From positions 1 to 34,146 of the forward strand of contig JAGQPF010000123.1 of NCBI GenBank assembly GCA_020426845.1: a stretch of DNA of 34,146 nucleotides, given 5' to 3'. A program made the translations under genes and the position numbers. Every line of letters begins with the position of its first letter. Position 1 is the first letter of the stretch. Below the pieces are notes generated by a model. The model saw only the letters and a program-made list of their open reading frames with translations. It did not search any database and was not told where the DNA came from. Shown here piece after piece: positions 25,432 to 34,146 of this stretch. The stretch comes from Planctomycetales bacterium. GTDB lineage: Bacteria; Planctomycetota; Planctomycetia; Pirellulales; Pirellulaceae.

Positions 25432-26730
25432 TCAAGCCTTGGCGACGTCCTCCAAGAACTCGGTGAGCACGTCGCGGCTGACGTGCGGCATGACGACGAC
25501 GTGCGAGTAAAGCTCGGACTTGCCGTCGCGTTCCAGATGCATGGTCGCCAGCGAGTACTTCTTCACCAGTTCGGCGGACGGGCAGCGGAAGTAGACGGTG
25601 TTCGACAACGCATTGGCGCGTGTCGCCCCCAGTTGCGGGAACCGCGACCGGAGTTGTTCGAGCAAGTGCTCGGCATTGGCGAGCATCAGCTTGGCGTCGG
25701 CAACTTGTCGGGCGCGCGCCGGTGGCGTGGTGAAGTAGAAGAACTCCGCCGGCTTCACCGCGTCGCGCGAGCAAGTGATCGTGCCCGGCACGTGGTCAAT
25801 GTACTCCGGATTGTGGATGCGACTGAATCGATCGTTGAACTCGTCGTACACACTTCGCCGCATCACGTACAAGCCTGCCGGCGAGGGAAAGCCGAAAAAC
25901 TTGTGGCAGGAGACCGCGATCGAGTCGTAGCGATCCGCGCCCGCGACTCGCTGCAGCACCTCGGCCGCGTGGTCGGTGAACGGCAGGTAGCCGCCGAACA
26001 ACGCCGCGTCGAGGTGTAGGTAGGACGGGTGGCCGGCGAGCTGGCGCTGAATCGCGTCGACATTGTCGATCGCGCCTTTAAAGGTTGTGCCGATTGTCGC
26101 CACCACCAGCGCCGGCGCCTCCCGATGACGCGCGAGCTGAGCGGCAAGGTCGTCGGGATCCATGGCGCCGTCGGCGAGCGTGCCCACCTCCACCGTCTCC
26201 ATTCCCAACAGATCTCGCAAGATCTGCACCGAGTAATGAGCCTCGCGAGTGAAATAGGCATTGGGCTTCAGACCGGTGCGGCCCTCGAGCAACGTTCGCC
26301 CCATATACATCCCGTGCATGTTGCTGTCCGTGCCGCTGTGAGAAAGAAAGCCCCACGTGTCGTCCTCGGGAAATCCGAACAGCTTGCCGAACTCACGGAT
26401 CGTCGCCGCCTCGTAATCGTGTGTGTTGTAGGGGATCGGACTCTCCTTGAACGGATTGCCCACATTGTTGAAGGCGAAGGCGTCCACGCCGGCGGCAAAC
26501 AGTTGTTTTCGCCAGGCGAAAAACTCGGCAGGCGGAGAGTTCATGTTGATCGGATAGCCCAGCAAGCGATCCTTGACTGCGATCAACTCGGCGCGGCGGC
26601 GCAATCCCTCCGGGGTCAGATCGTCTCCGTACGCCAATTGCTCGTGCCCCGGAAAGCGACAACCGGAGGCGACAGCCAACGCGCCGATTCCGCCCATGCC
26701 CATGCCCAAAAACCGTCGTCGCGAAAGCAT
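25432..26730 (-). CDS. PLP-dependent group II decarboxylase, a histidine-decarboxylase (HdcA) homologue, with a twin-arginine/lipoprotein-type signal peptide
   Basis: It aligns along its length with Gram-negative histidine decarboxylase. GFLSHSGTDSNMHGMYMGR, TIGTTFKGAIDNVDAIQRQL and the PLP-lysine motif SCHKFFG all match. The N-terminus is MLSRRRFLGMGMGGIGALAVASGC. A strong GGTGAGGAG RBS is present. Confidence 0.85.
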   Translation of the reverse strand: MLSRRRFLGMGMGGIGALAVASGCRFPGHEQLAYGDDLTPEGLRRRAELIAVKDRLLGYPINMNSPPAEFFAWRKQLFAAGVDAFAFNNVGNPFKESPIPYNTHDYEAATIREFGKLFGFPEDDTWGFLSHSGTDSNMHGMYMGRTLLEGRTGLKPNAYFTREAHYSVQILRDLLGMETVEVGTLADGAMDPDDLAAQLARHREAPALVVATIGTTFKGAIDNVDAIQRQLAGHPSYLHLDAALFGGYLPFTDHAAEVLQRVAGADRYDSIAVSCHKFFGFPSPAGLYVMRRSVYDEFNDRFSRIHNPEYIDHVPGTITCSRDAVKPAEFFYFTTPPARARQVADAKLMLANAEHLLEQLRSRFPQLGATRANALSNTVYFRCPSAELVKKYSLATMHLERDGKSELYSHVVVMPHVSRDVLTEFLEDVAKA

Positions 26731-26995
26731 GACAAGCTCCTCACCTAAAGGCCCAAGTGACGTGGAATCCTTCGGATGACGGGAAAAGGGGTTCCCCGGA
26801 TGGAGAAGGTGCTTTTCCTCGTCTTGTTAGAAAACAAGCAATTCTCGCGCCGGCAGGCAATGTCGAAGCGACCGTTGGAACCCGGCCTTGCAGTCAACAC
26901 GTTGAAGGTGGATTCGATTGCCAGTTGGCGCCTAGACGTCGCGAAGCGTCACGGCAGAACACAACCGCGCTGTGCGTTCACGCACGCCACGGCTC

Positions 26996-27318
26996 CACGG
27001 GCTCGCGCCCGTGGCTAACGTCTGTCGCCCCTCCGGGGCTTTTTAGCGTAATGAACTTGAGCGAAGTTCGACCGGTTTGCGCCACGTTTCCACAGGCGCG
27101 CTCGCAGATTCACGGGCGCGCACGCCGATCCACGGGCTCACGCCCGTGGCTAACGTCTGTCGCCCTTGGGGGCTTTTTCAGCGTTATGAACTTGAGCGAA
27201 GTTCGACCGGTTTGCGCCGCATTTCCACGGGCGCGCACGCAGATACATGGGCGCGCACGCCACGCGCACAAGCCCCGAAGGGGCGACAGACGTTAGCCAC
27301 GGGCGCGAGCGCGTGGAA
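26996..27318. repeat. Family-C composite repeats: two copies of an approximately 135-bp unit plus one inverted core copy
   Basis: cacgggctcgcgcccgtggctaacgtctgtcgcccctccggggctttttagcgtaatgaacttgagcgaagttcgaccggtttgcgcc… repeats at 26996 and 27131. The inverted core agccccgaaggggcgacagacgttagccacgggcgcgagcgcgtgg is at 27270-27318. Each unit has a hairpin + T5. Confidence 0.85.
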
Positions 27319-27398
27319 CCGCGCGCAACCCCGTTGATCCATCCACGCGACTGCAATTGCTCACTGATGCGCGCGAGTTCATGGAATCAGCGCAAACG

Positions 27399-27875
27399 TT
27401 AGCCGCCCGTCAGGGAGGACATGAGAAATCCCAGGCTGACCCAGCCTCCTTGTCCGATCCCCGCGAGCGCGAACACCATCTGCCCGACGGCGGCGACAGC
27501 GAGTGTCATTTGGCCCAGAGCTAACGGCGCGACGGCGAGCTGCCCGATGGCAAGAATTCGCCCGGTGGCAAGTTGGCCGATGCCGATATAGCCCTGTGCC
27601 ATCTGGCCAATCGCAATTCCGCCGACGGCGAACTGGCCGATCGCGACCACGCCTCGAGCCACTTCTCGCTTGCCCGTTTCGGGATTAATCCCCCGAATGA
27701 TCTGCAACATCGGCAGACCGAAAAGAGAAGTTTCGGAGGTGTACTCCCGGTAGGTCGCCCCATCGTAGTGCACGAACTCGCGAATGGTGCCGTGGGCTGT
27801 GCGCGTCACCGTAAATTTGGGATGCGAGACCAGATACGACTGCTTGACGTGCGAATTGCTGCGTTTGACGACCAT
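27399..27875 (-). CDS. hypothetical protein with a C-terminal hydrophobic heptad (A/G)IGQ(L/M/F)A repeat domain
   Basis: It probably starts at MVVKRSN (AGGAGAA RBS); the listed ORF begins 50 codons upstream inside repeat DNA. The C-terminal 90 aa read AIGQFAVGGIAIGQMAQGYIGIGQLATGRILAIGQLAVAPLALGQMTLAVAAVGQMVFALAGIGQGG. Confidence 0.6.
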   Translation of the reverse strand: MVVKRSNSHVKQSYLVSHPKFTVTRTAHGTIREFVHYDGATYREYTSETSLFGLPMLQIIRGINPETGKREVARGVVAIGQFAVGGIAIGQMAQGYIGIGQLATGRILAIGQLAVAPLALGQMTLAVAAVGQMVFALAGIGQGGWVSLGFLMSSLTGG

Positions 27876-27937
27876 AAGTTCTCCTGTGGCGAGCCAACTT
27901 CGCCAAGCTGCTTTCCCGCTTTTCCCCGAGCTCGCGC

Positions 27938-27975
27938 TCGAGGCTAACGTCTGTCGCCCCTGCAGGGGCTTTGCT
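27938..27975. repeat. Family-C REP-like element, single copy (GGCTAACGTCTGTCGCCCCTGCAGGGGC)
   Basis: It has the same core as the arrays. It is followed by G-tracts. Confidence 0.6.
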
Positions 27976-28007
27976 CGTGGGGGAGCGCGGGGGGAGCGCG
28001 GGGGGGC
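27966..28007 (+). other. G-quadruplex-forming motif (G4-N10-G5-N5-G6-N5-G7) in the divergent intergenic region
   Basis: The sequence is caGGGGctttgctcgtGGGGGagcgcGGGGGGagcgcGGGGGGGcac. It includes the direct repeat GGGGGAGCGCG twice. Confidence 0.35.
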
Positions 28008-28431
28008 ACGCGATTCCACGGCCACGGCATCCTCCCCATTCGCCGACGGGATTCAATTCTTGGCTGCCTGTTTCGGATTTCGTCAATGATTCCCTTCGCT
28101 GCCTCTAGGACCGATAGTGGCACCGCCAACGTGGGCGTGAGATAGTGGGGGGTCCCCATTGCCCCATACCCATGCCTCGCCTCTGACAAGGCATGCCGAA
28201 CACCTCATCCGGCAATCGGCCCCACACGTGGCGGCACGACGAAGACCATTCCCATTGCCAGTGGGGCTTTTTAAACAGGCTGTTACCCGCATGAATGCTC
28301 GCTCCACCATCTATACTTCCACGAAACGTTGCCGTCAACGCTTGCCGTTGCTACGCCCGCATGTCCGTGCTTCCGGGGCACGTCGTTCGGCCACGATGCA
28401 TTACGGAATCTCTCCCCATGCACAAGCGAGC

Positions 28432-29985
28432 ATGTCAACGCTCGTGTTGGGGGTCGTAGTTTGTCCGTTGCTGGCGTTGCTCGTGGCTGCCATGGCCAAC
28501 GCCGACGTAGTCAAGCGGCCGAACATTCTGTTGGCCATCTCCGACGACCAGTCGTTTCCTCATGCCGGCGCCTATGGTGACCGAGCAGCGGTGACTCCCC
28601 ATTTCGACCGCTTGGCCAAACAAGGCGTGTTGTTTTGGCGAGCCTATGCGGGCTCTCCCGGCTGCAGTCCGTCGCGAGCCGCACTGTTGACGGGGCGTCA
28701 TCATTGGCAGGTCGAGCATGCTGGCACCCACGGCAGCTCCTTCTCCGCTCGCTTTGCCACCTACCCCGACCTGCTCGAAGCGGCCGGCTACTTTGTCGGC
28801 CACACCGGCAAAGGCTGGGGTCCGGGGGTGCCCGGGCCGGGTCGAGAAAGCAATCCGGCGGGGCCCGCTTTCAACAAACTTCGCTTAAAGCCGCCGCACT
28901 CGGGCTTTCGCAACACCGACTACGCAGCCAACTTCGCGGACTTCCTGAGCCAGCGTCCCGAGGGTGCGCCGTTCTGCTTCTGGTACGGCGGCTCCGAGCC
29001 GCATCGCGGCTTCACTGCGGGCTCGGGACTCAAGGACGGCGGCGATCCCGACAAAGTCTCCGTGCCGGGCTATCTGCCCGACGTGCCCGAGGTCCGTTCC
29101 GACCTGCTCGACTACGCGCGCGAAGTGCAGCACTTCGACGAACACCTGGGCCGGATGGTGAAGCTGCTCGAGGAGCGAGGCGAGCTCGACAATACGTTGA
29201 TCATCGTGACCAGTGACAACGGCATGGCATTTCCGCGCGCCAAGGCGAATTGTTATGAGCATGGTGTGCACGTGCCGCTGGCCATCAGCTGGCCTCAACA
29301 AGTCGGCGGCGGACGGGAGATTCGCGACTTGGTTGGCTTCGTCGATCTCGCGCCGACCATCCTCGCAGCGGCCGGCCTGCCGGGCCTTGCGAGTCGGTCC
29401 AACATGAGCGGCAGCAGTCTGTTGGACTTGCTGACCTCCGACCGCACTGGCCTGGTCGACGCACAGCGTCGCGCCTACGCGGGGCGCGAACGGCATTCGT
29501 CGTCGCGCTACAACAACTCGGCCTATCCGCAGCGTTGCATGCGGAGCGATCGCTGGCTGCTGGTGCATAACTTCCGCCCCACTCGGTGGCCGGCCGGCAC
29601 GCCCTGGAAGTTTGAGGGCAGCCGCGCGGGTCCGCCGCACGGTGGCTACCACGACATCGATGCGTGCCCCACCCTGAGCTTGCTGGTGGAGCGCCGAAGC
29701 GATCCCGATTTCCGACGATTCCTGGAGCTCGCCGTGGCCAAGCGCCCCGAATTCGAATTGTTCGATGTCGAAGCGGATCCCGATTGCCTCGAGAATCTCG
29801 CCAGCCATCCGGAGCACCGATCGCTGTTGGCGCGTCTGCAATCGGAGTTGCACGAGTACCTGCGCCGCACCGGCGATCCGCGCGCCTTGGATGGAGGCGA
29901 GGTGTTCGAAACCTACGCGCGGCTTAGCGGATCGATCCGTCGTTTTCCCTCCGCTCGCGAAGAGGCGGAGCGCACGGCGCCTTAG
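28432..29985 (+). CDS. secreted sulfatase (formylglycine-dependent arylsulfatase family)
   Basis: The signal peptide is MSTLVLGVVVCPLLALLVAAMANA. The FGly motif is SPGCSPSRAALLTGR, with the metal-binding pattern AISDDQ. An alternative ATG at 28396 is possible. The listed ORF starts farther upstream. Confidence 0.85.
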   Translation: MSTLVLGVVVCPLLALLVAAMANADVVKRPNILLAISDDQSFPHAGAYGDRAAVTPHFDRLAKQGVLFWRAYAGSPGCSPSRAALLTGRHHWQVEHAGTHGSSFSARFATYPDLLEAAGYFVGHTGKGWGPGVPGPGRESNPAGPAFNKLRLKPPHSGFRNTDYAANFADFLSQRPEGAPFCFWYGGSEPHRGFTAGSGLKDGGDPDKVSVPGYLPDVPEVRSDLLDYAREVQHFDEHLGRMVKLLEERGELDNTLIIVTSDNGMAFPRAKANCYEHGVHVPLAISWPQQVGGGREIRDLVGFVDLAPTILAAAGLPGLASRSNMSGSSLLDLLTSDRTGLVDAQRRAYAGRERHSSSRYNNSAYPQRCMRSDRWLLVHNFRPTRWPAGTPWKFEGSRAGPPHGGYHDIDACPTLSLLVERRSDPDFRRFLELAVAKRPEFELFDVEADPDCLENLASHPEHRSLLARLQSELHEYLRRTGDPRALDGGEVFETYARLSGSIRRFPSAREEAERTAP

Positions 29986-29999
29986 CCACCGCAATTGAG

Positions 30000-31199
30000 T
30001 TATCGAGTTGGATTCTCGTACCAGAACAATCCGAGGTTGTCGCGTTCCTCACAGGTCATTAGATCGAGATCGCCGTCCTCGTCGATGTCGATCGCTTGAA
30101 TCAGGTCAAACTTGACGCCGCGCTCGCCGCTGATGTCGTGTGTCTTCCAACCCTCGGCGGTTCGCTCGAGCCAAGCGGCGCCACGGTGCATTCGATTGCC
30201 GCCATTGTTGGCGGTGTGCATGAGATCGGGCTTCCCGTCCAGATTCACGTCCGCAATGGCGACAGCCTTGCCATTGGGCGCGGCGAATGGATTGGGAATC
30301 GTCGTCGTGGCCCACTGCTGCCCAGCGGCGTCAGTTTGACGCGAGTGCAGAATGACCCCATTGCGCGTGGCTGTCACGATGTCGAGCTGGTCGTCGCCAT
30401 CGAAGTCTCCTGCGTCGAGAAACATCACTTCCTTGTCCTCGCCGGCGACGCGCTGCTCGCGCCACGGCTTGCCTTGTCGCACTGCCTCGGTGCCCGGGTT
30501 TTCCAGCCACAACACGCCACGATGCGCGCCCTTCCGGTCGCTCACGAGCACATCCAGGTCGCCGTCACGATCGAAGTCCAACGGATGGAGCGACATCACC
30601 CAGCCTGCTTGGTAAAGCGACTGCAGCCGATAGGCCGTCAGCTCACGTCGCCGACTCTTCTCGGACGGCCCCATGAGCAAGGACACCGTGGCGCCAGTTC
30701 CCTTGCTAGCGACGATCATCTCCGGGCCCGGCCGACCATCAAGCTCCAGCGGCAGAGCAAACATCCACATTTGGTTGCCCGTCGCAGCGGGAATCGCCTC
30801 GGTTTTCCATGCGTCCGGGTCGAGCAACTTGTCGCGAAGCGGCGCCCAATGGACAAACAACATGCGGCTGCGTCCCTCCGTCGAGCTCAACACATCAATG
30901 TTGCCATCGAGATCCAGGTCGGCGAACACGGCATCCTCGGGCGAAGGCACTTGGCCCGCTGTAACGGCCGGCCACGGTTGCTGACGCTCGGCGCGAGCTG
31001 GCTGGAGATAGACGCGGATGACTCCGCCCTCCTCCCAGCCGCAGACCAGATCTTGCCGACTGTCGCCGTTCACGTCCGCTAGTCGCACGCCGTCGGCCCC
31101 GCGCGACGACGCGTCGATGGTATGCCGCCGCCACTGTGCTTCGGCTCGAGGCAGGAAGAGGCACACACTCAGCGCGCACATCACCAACAGCTTCAACAT
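30000..31199 (-). CDS. secreted FG-GAP/VCBS repeat beta-propeller protein
   Basis: A good signal peptide MLKLLVMCALSVCLFLPRAEA is followed by Ca-binding-type DxDxDG loops (DVNGDSRQDLV, DLDGNIDVL, DFDRDGDLDVLV, DFDGDDQLDIV, DVNLDGKPDLM, DIDEDGDLDLM). The listed ORF extends 107 codons upstream of this Met. Confidence 0.8.
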   Translation of the reverse strand: MLKLLVMCALSVCLFLPRAEAQWRRHTIDASSRGADGVRLADVNGDSRQDLVCGWEEGGVIRVYLQPARAERQQPWPAVTAGQVPSPEDAVFADLDLDGNIDVLSSTEGRSRMLFVHWAPLRDKLLDPDAWKTEAIPAATGNQMWMFALPLELDGRPGPEMIVASKGTGATVSLLMGPSEKSRRRELTAYRLQSLYQAGWVMSLHPLDFDRDGDLDVLVSDRKGAHRGVLWLENPGTEAVRQGKPWREQRVAGEDKEVMFLDAGDFDGDDQLDIVTATRNGVILHSRQTDAAGQQWATTTIPNPFAAPNGKAVAIADVNLDGKPDLMHTANNGGNRMHRGAAWLERTAEGWKTHDISGERGVKFDLIQAIDIDEDGDLDLMTCEERDNLGLFWYENPTR

Positions 31200-31913
31200 C
31201 GGCCATCGAGGGAATCGAGTGTGCTGCGGGCGCAGGGCAGGGGAGTTGATATCAGTTGCAAGAAAGGACCTGGCGGAATGGCGTTCACACCTCGCCGCGA
31301 TCGGTTTGACCGGCTGCACGCTTCGTTGATCTCTCACGGAGGCACCAAGACACGGAGTTTGATGGAAAAAGAAACTTGCCGAGCATCCCCAAACGTCGCG
31401 AAGAAAGTCCAGCGTTGAAACGTGAGAAATTTTCTCGGAGCGACGTTGTGGGCACTTCGCCGCCAGAGGTTTGACCGGCTTGGGGTCCTGACTTGAGCGA
31501 AAAACGATGAGGAAAGGCAATTATGCGGATTAGTGGGGCAAGAGTGGGGATTATAGCGGCGGCAAAGCCGATTTGAGGCGATTTCCCGAGGCTCAACATG
31601 GGTTTTCGACCTAGGTTTTCGACATCGCTTGCTCCCTTCACTTTCAGTTTGAGCCGATTTGGCGCGTCGTTCACGCCCCTGGTCGGCTTGTTCCGCATCT
31701 GCCGATTCCGGTGAGCTGCGGACGGAGCGGGTCGTGTCGATGATCAGGCGTTCGCCACTCGCGATGGATCAGTACTTCTGACACCCATCCTGCTTCCGCA
31801 TCGCACGCAATCCCGCTTCCATTTGCTGAACAGGATGGGGTGTGCAGGCCGGAGCGACGGCTCTGGTCCGCAAGCGCTCTCTTTGACGCTCCCCCAGACC
31901 CAGAGGCCGCCCC

Positions 31914-34146
31914 CGTGAGTCAACAACCGTTCGACGATCTCTTTGCCGACAGCCCGACCAATCGGAACACCTCCTCCAATCGGAACAATCAGCAACCCAA
32001 CAGCCCCACCTTAAAGGTCGACTCCCTCGAGCCTCGCGTGCTGCTCTCGGGGACGTGCCTCCCCGGCGCTGACTTGGACTATGACGTCGAACCGCAAGGC
32101 GAGGTGTTCGATGGCGCCGCATACGGAGACGATGCCGACTTCCTGGGACACGACGGACACGTCGCCGACAGTGCCCACCACGGAGGTTATGGCAAGCACG
32201 ATGGTGGCGGACATCATGACTTGGGCCTGAACGACTATGACGACGGCGGCCACGATCAGCCCGTGGCCAAACACGGCGGACATGATGGCGGCGACGGACA
32301 CAAAGTCGACGATGGCGGCCATCACGCCAATGCGAAGCAGTACGGCGGCGATAGCCACGACAGCCACGACAAGCCGCATCAAGAAGTGCATGCCAAGTAC
32401 GGCGGTGACGACGGCGATGGCGACGGCCACGACAGCGGCAAACATCAGCCGGTCGCACAGAAATATGACGATCATGGCGATGATGGCGCCAACGAGAGTC
32501 ACGAAAAGCCCCACCAAGAGGCGCATGCGAAGTATGGACACGGTGGCGGCGATGACGGTGGCGACCATGACAAGCCCCACCAAGGAGTGCATGCCAAGCA
32601 CGGCAGTGACGACGGCGGCGGCGATGACCATGACGGCGGCGGCAAATATCAGCCGGTCGAGCAGAAGCATGATGACGGCGGCGACCACGATAAGCCCCAC
32701 CAGGAAGTGCATGCCAAGTACGACGGTGGCGACGACGGTGGCGATGACCATGACGGCGGCGACAAATATCAGCCGGTCGAGCAGAAGCATGATGACGGCG
32801 GCGACCACGACAAGCCCGAGGTGCATGCCAAGTACGCTGGCACCGACGACGGTGGCGACGACAATGACGGCGGCGACAAATATCAGCCGGTCGAACAGAA
32901 GCATGATGACGGCGGCGACCACGACAAGCCCGAGGTGCATGCTAAGTACGCCGGTACCGACGACGGTGGCGATGGCCATGACGGCGGCGACAAGTATCAG
33001 CCGGTCGAGCAGAAGCATGATGACGGCGGCGACCATGACAAGCCCCACCAAGAAGTGCATGCCAAGTACGACAGTGGCGACGACGGTGGCGATGACCATG
33101 ACGGCGGCGACAAATATCAGCCGGTCGAGCAGAAGCATGACGACGGTGGCGATGGCCATGGCGGCGGCGACAAGTATCAGCCGCTCGAGCAGAAGCATGA
33201 TGACGACTTCAAAGTCAGTCACGACAAGTCGCAGCAAGAAGCCAATTACGGCGGCGGTGACGACAGTCCGTCGGATGCGACTTGGGCCGCCGACGTTAGC
33301 ACCACTGACGACTCAACCGACTCAGGCACTGTAGCGACAGAGGGAACCGACGACGGCAACCCGGGATCCAGTAACGACACCTACGGCGGAGATTCGCAAT
33401 CGCAATCTTCCTGGGTGTCCGATCATTCGGCAGCAGACGACACGGACAACGGCGAGGACACTCCTGCCGGGTATGGTGTCACGATCACCGAATCAGGCCC
33501 CTCGACTCCCGCGACGGACAGTTCGACAACGAGCAATGCTGAAGGTTACGGAACCGACGATTCAAAGGTGACCAACCACAGTGATGAAGTTAACGGCTCC
33601 GACGACAACGGCTGGGCAGCTGCCACCGACGACAGTAGCAGCGGAACCAATGACACCACCTACGGTTCCGGCGACACGGAAGTGATCGACGAAGGCGGCG
33701 ATGACAGCTCCGACGACACCGATTGGACGGTGGACGACATCGCTGACACCGACGATGGTGGAATCGACGACTCCGGAGGTTCCACCTACGGCGCCGGCGA
33801 CTCGGACGTGACCAACGACGATGGCGACGACACCGGTTGGACAGCGGACAACGTCGTCGCTGACACTGACGACAGCGGCAGCGACGCTGGCGAAACGGAC
33901 GTGACCAACGACACTAGTTGGACTGCGGACGACTCGGCTGGCACCGACGACAGCGGAAACTCCGACTCCGGTGATTCGACTTACGGCGCCGGCGAAACGG
34001 ACGTGACCAACGACGTCGGCGACGACAGCTCCGACGACACCGGCTGGACCGCGGACGACTCGGCTAGCACCGACGACACCGACGACGGTGGAAGCGATGA
34101 CTCCGGTGATTCGACCTATGGCGCCGGCGACTCGGACGTGACCAAC
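31914..34146 (+). CDS. partial giant repetitive protein: LEPR-XLL-like N-terminal motif, His/Asp-rich 37-40-aa tandem repeats, then acidic Asp/Thr/Ser/Gly repeats; 3' end beyond the window
   Basis: One frame stays open from the GTG at 31914 (in-frame TGA at 31884) to the window end (about 744 codons). The N-terminus carries …TLKVDSLEPRVLLSGT…. About 8 repeats of DKYQPVEQKHDDGGDHDKPHQEVHAKYDGGDDGGDDHDGG follow, then GWTADDSAGTDDSGNSDSGDSTYGAGETDVTND-type repeats. The listed ORFs 32011..33237(-) and 32237..33334(+) are shadow frames of these repeats. Confidence 0.75.
32290..33240 (+). repeat. Intragenic tandem coding repeats (111-120-nt units, about 8 copies, the last five more than 90% identical at DNA level)
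   Basis: GACAA(A/G)TATCAGCCGGTCGAGCAGAAGCATGATGACGGCGGCGACCACGACAAGCCC… recurs at about 32644, 32764, 32875, 32989, 33109 and 33169. Confidence 0.85.

Noticed and set aside
26757-27296. 179-aa + ORF
   Set aside because: It lies wholly within family-C repeat DNA and its peptide repeats itself (…STGSRPWLTSVA…).
31285-31698. 137-aa minus ORF in the intergenic region
   Set aside because: It has no RBS, odd composition, and lies in a lower-GC regulatory region.
32011-33334. 408-aa minus ORF and 365-aa + ORF (hydrophobic or Thr/Ala/Met-rich)
   Set aside because: They are shadow frames of the His/Asp-rich repeat gene. The frame from 31914 alone stays open through the whole region to the window end.
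1-34146. tRNA/rRNA genes
   Set aside because: I scanned by eye for T-loop-like GTTCGAATC/GTTCAAATC contexts and for CCA-ended cloverleaf candidates in the intergenic regions and found none.

Overview
This is a high-GC (about 63-65%) chromosomal segment that looks planctomycete (Pirellulales-like), containing about 22 protein-coding genes and no rRNA, tRNA or CRISPR. The supporting hallmarks are a CxPxR sulfatase, an MJ0042-type zinc ribbon, a LEPR-XLL-like N-terminus, PSCyt-type CxxCH proteins, many signal-peptide and lipoprotein proteins, and frequent ATGA/GTGA start-stop overlaps. Housekeeping genes include ettA (ABC-F), guaA, surE, a YmdB-like phosphoesterase, holA, a SAM methyltransferase, mug and an MSOX/MTOX-family FAD oxidase. 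Lineage-type secreted or envelope proteins include an SPFH/band-7 protein, a Pro-rich lipoprotein, a zinc-ribbon/TM/S1-protease/HEAT protein and a thioredoxin-fold + cytochrome c + Cu-monooxygenase-like fusion. The secreted set also includes a PQQ-type beta-propeller, a Tat-signal lipoprotein homologue of histidine decarboxylase, a sulfatase, an FG-GAP propeller and a partial His/Asp-rich giant repeat protein. Most long ORFs in the six-frame track that lie antisense to these genes, or run through repeat arrays, are shadow ORFs. The most striking feature is a set of at least four GC-rich hairpin or direct-repeat element families, described from the sequence, that fill the intergenic regions as tandem and inverted arrays (REP/BIME-like). 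These include a 17-bp perfect palindrome in five tandem copies and an approximately 800-bp head-to-head pair of tandem arrays between mug and the propeller gene. All coordinates come from reading the sequence by eye. Gene identifications are by recalled motif similarity and no database search was run.
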